Assembly (NCBI GenBank): GCA_964526305.1
Contig: CAZGKV010000002.1
Coordinates: 9,599 to 73,598, forward strand
Length of the DNA: 64,000 bases
Direction of reading: 5' to 3'
Origin: an uncultured Planctomycetales bacterium
GTDB lineage: Bacteria; Planctomycetota; MHYJ01; JACPRB01
Each line of letters opens with the position of its first letter. Within the stretch, counting starts at the first letter, position 1. Shown piece after piece: positions 56,814 to 64,000 of this stretch. The notes under the pieces are model-generated. The model worked only from the letters and a program-made list of their open reading frames with translations, had not been told where the DNA came from and searched no databases. Both the position numbers and the translations under genes were made by a program.

Positions 56814-57997
56814 CGGATCACCCCGAGGTTCCGTCCCACCTTTTCGAAGGCCCCGAGCGCGATGTCGATGTCCGAGTCTTCGTGAGCGGCGCTGATCTGG
56901 ACGCGGATTCGCGCTTGCCCTTGGGGGACGACCGGATAGCTGAAGCCGATGACGTAGATGCCTTCGTCCAGCATTGTTCGAGCGAATTCCTGGGCGAGTT
57001 TGGCCTCGTGGAGCATGATGGGGACGATGGGCGTCTGGCCCGGCTTGACGGAGAACCCGCGCCCGACGATCCCCTCGCGAAACCGTTTCGTGTTCCGCTC
57101 CAGCTTGTCGCGAAGTTCCGTAGACCGTCCGAGGAGTTCGAGGGCCCGGGTCGCCGCTCCGACGATCGGAGGCGGCAGGGTATTGGAGAACAGGTAGGGT
57201 CGCGAGCGCTGCCGTAGGATTTCCACGATCTCGCGCCGCGCGGCCGTGAATCCGCCCGCCGCGCCGCCCAGGGCCTTTCCCAAGGTGCTCGTGACGACGT
57301 CGATCTTCCCCTGAACGCCGTGATGCTCCGGCGTTCCACGCCCGGTCTTTCCGATGAACCCGGTCGCGTGGGAATCGTCGACCATGACGAGAGCGCGGTA
57401 GCGCTCGGCCAGTTCGCAAATCTCGGGGAGCTTCGCGATGTCGCCGTCCATGGAGAAGACGCCGTCCGTGGCGACGAGTCGGACCCGTTGCGCCTGGGCC
57501 TTCTTGAGACACTCTTCCAGTTGCGTCATGTCGGCATGGGCATACCGGTACCGCACCGCCTTGCACAGGCGGATCCCGTCGATGATGCTCGCGTGGTTGA
57601 GGGCGTCGCTGATCACGGCGTCCGATTCGCCCAAGAGCGTCTCGAACAGTCCGCCGTTGGCGTCGAAGCAACTCGTGTACAGGATCGCGTCGTCGGTGCC
57701 GAGGAAGCCGGCGAGCGTCCGCTCCAAATTCTGATGGATGTCCTGAGTGCCGCAGATGAATCGAACGGACGAGAGCCCGTATCCGTGCGAGTCGAGGGCG
57801 GCGCGCGCCGCGGCGACGATTTCCGGATGGGAGGAGAGACCGAGGTAGTTGTTCGCGCAGAAGTTCAGGACCGGCCCGCGAGGCACTCGAATGCGGGCTC
57901 CCTGCGGCCCGAGAATCGTACGCTCCTCCTTGTAGAGGCCCGCCTCGCGGATGGCGCGGAGTTCCTCGTCGAGAATGGGTTTGATCGTATGAGTCAT
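56810..57997 (-). CDS. kbl: 2-amino-3-ketobutyrate CoA ligase (glycine C-acetyltransferase)
   Basis: 395 aa. PLP-Lys region [26 protein letters not shown] and full-length AONS-family pattern. Confidence 0.9.
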   Translation of the reverse strand: MTHTIKPILDEELRAIREAGLYKEERTILGPQGARIRVPRGPVLNFCANNYLGLSSHPEIVAAARAALDSHGYGLSSVRFICGTQDIHQNLERTLAGFLGTDDAILYTSCFDANGGLFETLLGESDAVISDALNHASIIDGIRLCKAVRYRYAHADMTQLEECLKKAQAQRVRLVATDGVFSMDGDIAKLPEICELAERYRALVMVDDSHATGFIGKTGRGTPEHHGVQGKIDVVTSTLGKALGGAAGGFTAARREIVEILRQRSRPYLFSNTLPPPIVGAATRALELLGRSTELRDKLERNTKRFREGIVGRGFSVKPGQTPIVPIMLHEAKLAQEFARTMLDEGIYVIGFSYPVVPQGQARIRVQISAAHEDSDIDIALGAFEKVGRNLGVIR

Positions 57998-58077
57998 GGG
58001 GCGGATTCTACGCCCTCGAGCGGGGGCGTCAATGAAATCTCTTTGCTGTCGGGAGGGAGGGACTATACTGGCCCATC

Positions 58078-59517
58078 ATGGCGGAGCGCGCGGGCCTCCC
58101 CTTCGTATTCGGACTCTACGGTATCGAACCTCTTCCGGACACGGTCCAGCTCCTGCGCGATTCGGGGGCCTGCGGCGTCCTGCTCCTGCGCCGAAACATC
58201 GAGAGCGGCGAGCAGGTACGAGCGCTGTTGAGGTCCTTGGAGGAGGCCGTCGGCCATCCTCTCCTCGCGGCCGTCGAGCAAGAGGGGGGAATGGCCTCGC
58301 TCTTTCCGCGGGACGTGACCCCATTTCCCGGGAATCTCGCTCTCGGTCGGACGGAAACGCCGTCCCTCGCCTACGAGGTGGGGAAGGGGATGGCTCGAGA
58401 GCTCCGTCCCTTCGGAATCCACGTCGACCTCGCTCCTGTCCTGGATGCGGACGAGTCTCTGACCCTTCGCGCCTTCGGGGAGAATCCGGAGCTGTGCGCC
58501 GTGATGGGAACGGAGATGATCCGGGGAATGCAGGAGGTCGGCCTGTCGGCGGGAGCCAAGTACTTTCCCGGGCGCGGGAAGGGCGGCCACGCGACCGAGC
58601 ATCTGATGCCTTTTCGCGCCGCCATCGAGAAGGGAGTCGACGTGGTCGTCCCTTCGTCGAGCGCGTGTCCGACGCTCGACGGGAAGCCGGCGGTGTTCTC
58701 GCGGAGAATCGTCCACGATCTTCTCCGGATCGAGTGCGGTTTTCGGGGCATCGCTTGGAGTCCGGATCTCGCTTCGCTTCCCGATCGTCCCGCGGAGGAG
58801 GCCGCCGTCGAGGCCGCGCGCGCGGGCAACGACATCCTCGTCGTCGCCCACCACACCGAGGTGATGCGCCGGGCCTTCGAAGCCTATCGAACGGCGAGGG
58901 ACGCGGGCCGCCTCGATCCGACGCACCTGGAGGAATCTCAGGCCCGCATCGAGTCCCTCGTTCGCAAGCACGCCGAGACCTGGACGCCGGCCGGTGCGGA
59001 CGACGACTCTGATCCGCGCGCCCTTTCGGAGATCATCGCCGGGGCGTCCGTTCGAGTCGAGAAGGACCCGCAGAAACTCGTGCCGATTCCCCGGGGGCGT
59101 CGAGTCGGGATCCTGTTTCCGCGTCTGACCGATGTCGGAGACCGGATCGTGATCGACGACGATCTCCGGCATGGGATGGAGCTGTTGCGCTCCTGGGTTC
59201 AGGAGGTTTCGAAATCCGTGGATGTCCTCGAGATTCCGATCGAGCCGAAGGCGGATCTTTTCGCGATGACGCTGGAGTGGTGTTGCTCGCTGGAAATCGT
59301 CATCGTCTTCGCCTTCGACGCGACGACCCATGCCGGCCATCGGCGGGTGATCCAAGAGGTTCAACGCCAGTGTCCCCGGGTGGTCCTGGTCCCGATCCGA
59401 AATCCCGAGGACCGCGCACTGGCGGATGCTAAGAGCACGATCGTCCAGGCGTACGGGTTCCGAATTCCCCAACTCGCGGCGGCGACCGACGTCATCTTCC
59501 GGGGAGCGGGAGGATGA
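58078..59517 (+). CDS. glycoside hydrolase family 3 N-terminal domain protein (NagZ-like beta-N-acetylhexosaminidase)
   Basis: LLAAVEQEGGMASLFP, FGIHVDLAPVLD, KYFPGRGKGGHATEH: GH3 signature motifs. Confidence 0.85.
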   Translation: MAERAGLPFVFGLYGIEPLPDTVQLLRDSGACGVLLLRRNIESGEQVRALLRSLEEAVGHPLLAAVEQEGGMASLFPRDVTPFPGNLALGRTETPSLAYEVGKGMARELRPFGIHVDLAPVLDADESLTLRAFGENPELCAVMGTEMIRGMQEVGLSAGAKYFPGRGKGGHATEHLMPFRAAIEKGVDVVVPSSSACPTLDGKPAVFSRRIVHDLLRIECGFRGIAWSPDLASLPDRPAEEAAVEAARAGNDILVVAHHTEVMRRAFEAYRTARDAGRLDPTHLEESQARIESLVRKHAETWTPAGADDDSDPRALSEIIAGASVRVEKDPQKLVPIPRGRRVGILFPRLTDVGDRIVIDDDLRHGMELLRSWVQEVSKSVDVLEIPIEPKADLFAMTLEWCCSLEIVIVFAFDATTHAGHRRVIQEVQRQCPRVVLVPIRNPEDRALADAKSTIVQAYGFRIPQLAAATDVIFRGAGG

Positions 59518-61029
59518 TCACGGCACCCGTTTCCATCCCTCGGACTCAGGCTGGCCCGGCCAGGCCCTGACGGCCTTTCCCTTCAGATCCTGGCCGTACA
59601 CCTCGCCGACCGCGTTGATGATCAAGGTGCGCTCTCCGCTGACGCCATGACGCTCGGGGAAGGCGCAGAAGGCGAACGTGGAGAGGTGATGGACCGCCCA
59701 CCCGCTGCGATCGGTGTCTATCGCAAAGGGCTCGCCGGAGGCTCCCCGGTTCAGAACGGCGAAGAAGTACCCGCGGTGAGGTCGGGCGTGGAGAGGGGGC
59801 CCGAGGCGGGCCTCGTCCGATAGCGGCGCCGCATCGGCGCACGCGATCCCTTCCTCGATCAGAGCGAGGGGCGCACCCGCCACCCGGAGGCGATGGAGAC
59901 CCGACACGTCCCCGGTCCAAAAATCCCGCACGCCGTTCCGGTCGCGATCGTGTTCTTGGAACTCGTATTCGGAACGGAGGAGGGCACGGAGAGCCCCGAC
60001 CGCCTCGGCTTCGTTGACTCGGCATTCCACGAGAGAGCGGCGAAGACGTCCGGTGGCCGAGGCGACGCGACCGCGACAATCGATCCGCAGATTCTCCAGC
60101 CACTCCTCGAATCCTCCCAGAGCGGCCCGAGTCCGCGGTTCGTCGTCTCCCGCACCGTATCCAACGACATAGGAAAAGGCCGCTTCTTCCGGAGAGGTCG
60201 ACCGAAGACTCGCTCCCGCTCCCTGGGACCCCGCGGGAGCCGAAGCGAGGAGCCCGCGCGTCATCGTCGACATGCGCGTCCGCTCCTCGACTCCCGGCGA
60301 TTTCGAGAGCCACATCCAATTTCCCCGCGGAAGCCGACCGAGAGTCCTCCTCTGCGCCGGGGTCAGCCCTTGGAGAAAACGCTTTGCGCGACCTTCGCGC
60401 GCCTCCAGAGCTTCGAGGACAAGGGGGGGTGGGCCGGAGAGGATTCGGGTCCGAGAAACCCAGACCGCCTCTTCCGATCGCGGGTAGACGTAGAGCCGCT
60501 CGACCTTGGACGAGTCGACGACGTACCCGCGCGAGAGAAGATCGCTGCCGATCGAGGGCGGTGTGAAGTCTCCGGCGTGCACGGTCAACGATTTCCCCGC
60601 ACGGAAGACCGTGGCCGTCTCCTTCGTGTCGCCGAAGGGAAGAGCTTCCGGGGGAAAGAACGAGATGCCCTTGGAGGTGCGATAGACCACGAAGTCTCCA
60701 TCGGGAAGTTCGCTCACGAGTTCGGGGATCGGGGAGGAGGGGAACAGATAGAACCAGCCGACGATTCCGACGGCGACAACGACGATGCCGGCGGCGACCC
60801 GAATTCCGATCTTGCGGCCGAGCCGGCGGCCGGAGGGGCGCGGCGCGAGAAGCGCTCCGAGCGCCTCGGGGTCGGGTTCGCGTTCGACGATCCGGAATCC
60901 AGGATCGGAGGACTCGATCGGCGCGATGACCACTTCGGTGCATGCGCGGCATCGGACACGGCGGCCGGCCAGGGCGTCGTCGATCCGGAGTCGCGCGGAG
61001 CAGCGGGGACAGGCGAACGCTACGGGCAC
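59518..61029 (-). CDS. zinc-ribbon (MJ0042-type CxxC..CxxC) membrane protein, hypothetical
   Basis: N-terminal ACPRCSARLRIDDALAGRRVRCRAC. TM VAAGIVVVAVGIVGWFYLF. Large C-terminal domain of unknown function. Start uncertain: GTG 61029 (MPVAFACPRC...) preferred over the track's GTG 61074; both lie inside the 43-bp palindrome. Confidence 0.55.
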   Translation of the reverse strand: MPVAFACPRCSARLRIDDALAGRRVRCRACTEVVIAPIESSDPGFRIVEREPDPEALGALLAPRPSGRRLGRKIGIRVAAGIVVVAVGIVGWFYLFPSSPIPELVSELPDGDFVVYRTSKGISFFPPEALPFGDTKETATVFRAGKSLTVHAGDFTPPSIGSDLLSRGYVVDSSKVERLYVYPRSEEAVWVSRTRILSGPPPLVLEALEAREGRAKRFLQGLTPAQRRTLGRLPRGNWMWLSKSPGVEERTRMSTMTRGLLASAPAGSQGAGASLRSTSPEEAAFSYVVGYGAGDDEPRTRAALGGFEEWLENLRIDCRGRVASATGRLRRSLVECRVNEAEAVGALRALLRSEYEFQEHDRDRNGVRDFWTGDVSGLHRLRVAGAPLALIEEGIACADAAPLSDEARLGPPLHARPHRGYFFAVLNRGASGEPFAIDTDRSGWAVHHLSTFAFCAFPERHGVSGERTLIINAVGEVYGQDLKGKAVRAWPGQPESEGWKRVP

Positions 61030-61068
61030 TGGTAAAAGGTAGCCCGTGCGGCTATCTTTTACCAGTGC
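61026..61068. repeat. 43-bp near-perfect palindrome (19-bp arms, 5-bp spacer) covering the divergent start-codon region
   Basis: GCACTGGTAAAAGGTAGCC-CGTGC-GGCTATCTTTTACCAGTGC, with 1 mismatch between arms. Both strands therefore encode similar peptides (…ALVKGSPCGYLLPV… / …ALVKDSRTGYLLPV…). Confidence 0.9.
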
Positions 61069-62255
61069 GCGCACGCACCATTCGAGGCCGCCTCCTGACT
61101 CCCACGTCCCGCGGCCGTTGGCGCGAAGAGAGGGATGCGACGATCCTGGTCGCTCCCGACGGTCGCATCGAGGCGGTGAGGCCGGGGGGAACGTCGGATC
61201 ACGATTGGCGTCCCCATCTGCTGTTCCCGGGATTGATCGACACCCATGCCCATGTGCCTCAGCACTCGGTATGCGGCGTTCGGCGGGGCCGACTCCTGGA
61301 TTGGCTGCGCGAGCTGGTCTTTCCGCTCGAGGCGAAGTGCCGGGGAGAGAATGCGGAGGCGTTCTTCCGGGAAGCGCTTCGGAACGGAACCGTTGCGGGG
61401 GCGTTCTATTCTTCGGCGTGGCCCGAATCCGCCGACGCGAGCCGAGCGACGATGCGCAAGCTCGGAGTGCGTGGCTGGATCGGGATGCCTCTGATGGACC
61501 TTCAGGTGTACCGGGACGATTTGCGAAGCCTCCCTCTCCGCGAGCGCACGAGGAGGGTGATCCGGGAGCTGGAGGAGCAGGTACGGCGCGATGGTTCGAT
61601 TCGCACCGCGATCACGCCGCGGTTCGCGCTCTCCTGCTCGGACGAGTTGCTGGAGGCGGCGGGATCGTTCTCGCTGCCGGTCCAAACGCATATCGCGGAG
61701 CAGCCGGCGGAGGTCCGCCTCGCGCGCCGTAGAGGAAAAGACTATCTCGCCATCTACGAGCGGGCGCGACTGGTTCGTTCGGAGTCGATATTCGCTCACG
61801 GAGTGTGGCTCTCTGCTTCGGAGTGGACTCGGTTGCGGCGGGCGGGGGCGACGATCTCTCATTGCCCGACGTCGAATCTCTTCCTGGGGAGCGGAGTAAT
61901 GGATTGGCGGATCGCCCGGCGGGGACACGTGACGCTGGGATCGGACGTGGGCGCGGGTCCGACGCTGTCGATGTACGAGGTGATGCGATGCGCATGGGCG
62001 GCGCAGGCGTCGCGGGGGAGGGAGGCGCCGGCGGCGCGCGAGCTCCTCGAGGCCGCCACCGTCGGAGGCGCGGCCGCCCTGGGAGAACCTCTGGGTTGTC
62101 TCGAGCCGGGGTGTCGCGCGACGCTTCAGGTTCTCGATCGAGACGCGCTTCTTCTCTCCGAGGAGGACTCGCTCGACGACGTCTTGTCGCGCATCGTCCA
62201 CCGCGGCGGACTCCAGGCGATCCGGGCCGTCTACGTCGACGGAAAGCGGCGGTAG
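61063..62255 (+). CDS. amidohydrolase superfamily deaminase (guanine deaminase / MTA-SAH deaminase-like)
   Basis: GRIEAV...HLLFPGLIDTHAHVPQ (HxH metal site), later HIAE, HGVWL, GSDVGAG (metal/catalytic residues). GTG 61063 chosen as start. The track's ATG 60942 would overlap the divergent gene by more than 100 nt. Confidence 0.7.
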
Positions 62256-62294
62256 TTCTTGGGCGGCGTTCGCCTCCCTGCTATAGTGGGCGCC

Positions 62295-62576
62295 ATGACG
62301 GCGACCTTCTCCATCGATGCGACGCCGAATCCCAACGCGAGGAAGATCACCGTCTCCGCTCCGATCTCTCCGGGAACCCCATTGACGTTCAATTCCGCCG
62401 TAGAAGCGGAGAAGCATCCCCTGGTTCGCGCACTCTTCGCGATCCCGGGAGTGCGAAGCGTTTTCGTCGTGAACAATTTCGCCACCGTCACCAAGGAACC
62501 CGATGCCGATTGGAACGCCATCGAGCCCCGGCTGAGGGACGCCGTGACGCAGCAGCTCCAGGGAAAGGCGCCGTGA
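62295..62576 (+). CDS. Nfu_N (scaffold protein Nfu/NifU N-terminal) domain protein
   Basis: FSIDATPNPNARKITVSAPI...LVRALFAIPGVRSVFVVNNFATVTKEPDADWNAIEP matches the Nfu_N pattern (TPNPN...GV.SVF...FITVTK) remembered from NFU1/NfuA. No Cys, so not a cluster-binding NifU C-domain. Confidence 0.65.
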   Translation: MTATFSIDATPNPNARKITVSAPISPGTPLTFNSAVEAEKHPLVRALFAIPGVRSVFVVNNFATVTKEPDADWNAIEPRLRDAVTQQLQGKAP

Positions 62577-63550
62577 CGCTCTGGCGGAACATCGCGGGTC
62601 GCTCGATCGAAGGACGGTGTCCCACGAGGGACGAAGGGCGCGCCGTTCTCGACTGTTCCGACTCCGAGTTCCTCGGTCTCCTGGACGCGGCCTACCGGGT
62701 GCGATTTCGCTTCCACGGAAATCGCGTGAAGGTGCATGTCCTCCTGAATGCCATGAGCGGACTATGTCCGGAGGACTGCGGCTTCTGCTCCCAATCCCGC
62801 GTCGCCCACGGAGACATCCCGCGGTATCGGCTCCTCTCGAAGGAGGAAATCGTCTCGGCGGCTCGTCGCGCTAAGGAAGCCAAGGCGTGGAAATTCTGCA
62901 TCGTCACTTCCACGCGAGGTCCGAACGAGAAGCAGCTCGATGTCCTCTGCGACGCCGTGCGGGAGATCAAGTCCTCGGTCGGGATTCGGGTCTGCACCTC
63001 CCTGGGCCTCTTGAACGGCGGGCAGGCGCGGCGACTCAAGGAGGCGGGGGTCGATCGATTCAATCACAATCTGGAAACCAGCCGGCGACACTTTCCCAGG
63101 ATCTGCACGACGCACGGATACGACGATCGAGTCCGGACCCTGGAGCGGGTGCACGAGGCGGGAATGGAGGCGTGCGCGGGGGGAATCGTCGGGATGGGGG
63201 AAGACGACGAGGACGTCCTCGATTGGGCCTTCGCTCTCCGCGAACTCGAAGTCGAGTCGATCCCCGTCAACTTTCTCGATCCGAGGCCGGGAACGCCTTT
63301 GGGAGAAGTCCCGCGCCCGGAACCGCGGCGCTGTCTGCGCATCCTGTGCCTCGTCCGATTCGTGAATCCCACCCGAGACATCCGGGCCGCGGGAGGGCGG
63401 GAAACGGCGCTTCGGATGCTGCAACCATTGGCGCTGTACCCCTGCAATTCCATCTTCACGAACGGGTATCTGACGACTCCGGGAAATGAGTCCTCCGAGG
63501 ACATCCGCATGATCGAAGATCTCGGGTTCGAAGTCGAGGTGGAGTCGTGA
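62573..63550 (+). CDS. bioB: biotin synthase (radical SAM)
   Basis: GTG 62573 overlaps the previous stop. Radical-SAM CPEDCGFCSQS. BioB pattern (KFCIVTSTRGP, NHNLETS, GGIVGMGE). Confidence 0.9.
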   Translation: MTLWRNIAGRSIEGRCPTRDEGRAVLDCSDSEFLGLLDAAYRVRFRFHGNRVKVHVLLNAMSGLCPEDCGFCSQSRVAHGDIPRYRLLSKEEIVSAARRAKEAKAWKFCIVTSTRGPNEKQLDVLCDAVREIKSSVGIRVCTSLGLLNGGQARRLKEAGVDRFNHNLETSRRHFPRICTTHGYDDRVRTLERVHEAGMEACAGGIVGMGEDDEDVLDWAFALRELEVESIPVNFLDPRPGTPLGEVPRPEPRRCLRILCLVRFVNPTRDIRAAGGRETALRMLQPLALYPCNSIFTNGYLTTPGNESSEDIRMIEDLGFEVEVES

Positions 63551-63816
63551 CGAAGGCGCAGGCGGCCGGATTGGCCTTGCTCAATGTGCTCGCGTGCGTC
63601 GTCGCCGCGGCCATTTCCTTCCAATTCACCTGGAAAAAATGGTGGCTGCCCCTTCTCCTTGTCGGGGGCGTTTGTGCCCTCGTTTCCTCCCTCCATCTGG
63701 AGTTCGTCCAGCGGAAGTTGGAGGAGTCGCCGGAGAAGACGAAGGTCACGTGGGCGGGGTACGTCCTTTTCGCCGTCGGCATTCTTCTCGCCATCGGGGC
63801 GTTCCGGATTCAGTGA
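63547..63816 (+). CDS. small membrane protein, hypothetical (2-3 TM)
   Basis: GTG 63547 overlaps the bioB stop. Hydrophobic 89-aa ORF. Stop overlaps the next gene start. Confidence 0.4.
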   Translation: MTKAQAAGLALLNVLACVVAAAISFQFTWKKWWLPLLLVGGVCALVSSLHLEFVQRKLEESPEKTKVTWAGYVLFAVGILLAIGAFRIQ

Positions 63817-64000
63817 GCCTCCTGATCGGCGCGCACATGTCGGTCGCGGGCGGATTTCATCTCGCCTGCGAGCGCGCCCGCGAGGTCGACTGCGCCGCAA
63901 TCCAGGTTTTCACCAAGAGCGAGCGCCAATGGAAATCGAAGCCCATCGCCGACGAGGAGGCGGCCGCGTTTCGCCGCGCCCGGAAGACCCATGGAATCGA
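63813..64000 (+). CDS. nfo: endonuclease IV (AP endonuclease family 2), 5' part; continues beyond window
   Basis: GTG 63813 (overlapping stop). LIGAHMSVAGGFHLACERAREVDCAAIQVFTKS matches the Nfo N-terminus (xGAHxSxAGG). Not in the ORF track because there is no stop in the window. Confidence 0.75.
   Translation, partial: MSLLIGAHMSVAGGFHLACERAREVDCAAIQVFTKSERQWKSKPIADEEAAAFRRARKTHGI

Noticed and set aside
60942-61062. ATG 60942 as the start of the deaminase gene
   Set aside because: It would add about 40 non-conserved, Arg/Gly-rich residues and overlap the divergent gene by more than 100 nt. GTG 61063 fits the family N-terminus.
1-64000. CRISPR arrays, rRNA genes, IS/transposase or integrase genes
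   Set aside because: No regularly spaced direct repeats, no rRNA-like conserved stretches, and no DDE/tyrosine-recombinase-like ORFs were found. Apart from the two palindromes and the low-GC intergenic region there is no obvious mobile-element signature.

Overview
High-GC (~67% by eye) bacterial chromosomal segment of 64 kb carrying about 60 densely packed protein-coding genes, many with start/stop overlaps. I found no rRNA, tRNA or CRISPR array. The gene content (TIGR02999-type ECF sigma next to a Ser/Thr kinase, paired secreted amidohydrolases, NRDE, a GldA/F/G-type ABC system with DUF4340, many secreted beta-helix and lipoprotein genes) suggests an Acidobacteria/Gemmatimonadota/Planctomycetota-like Gram-negative; this is inference only. 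Main content: (1) a TPR Ser/Thr kinase translationally coupled to a membrane protein with an N-terminal ubiquitin-like beta-grasp domain; (2) cell-envelope genes (Kdo hydroxylase-like, MepA, M28-PDZ peptidase, SpoIID, GH3 NagZ-like, M16 peptidase pair); (3) hemE-hemH preceded by an overlapping small-ORF plus Pol-beta nucleotidyltransferase pair (toxin-antitoxin-like); (4) the most interesting locus: a seven-gene operon encoding an HTH-PTS-EIIA(Ntr) fusion regulator followed by a six-subunit Hyf/Ehr-like membrane-bound hydrogenase-related complex. Its catalytic-subunit homolog appears to have lost the N-terminal Ni-ligating CxxC, and its NuoI-like ferredoxin is fused to the NuoB-like small subunit. 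A voltage-gated ion channel gene follows, and then a perfect 70-bp AT-rich palindrome; (5) a selenocysteine (in-frame UGA) selD that the ORF track truncated; (6) an unusual 740-bp low-GC intergenic region with a duplicated motif whose differences fall mostly on third codon positions, plus a strong-SD mini-ORF; (7) a zinc-ribbon protein with a Gly/Arg-rich (RGG) spacer; (8) a 43-bp palindrome covering the divergent start region of a guanine-deaminase-like gene and a zinc-ribbon membrane protein gene. Many long Arg/Pro-rich ORFs in the six-frame track are antisense artefacts of high GC and were rejected.
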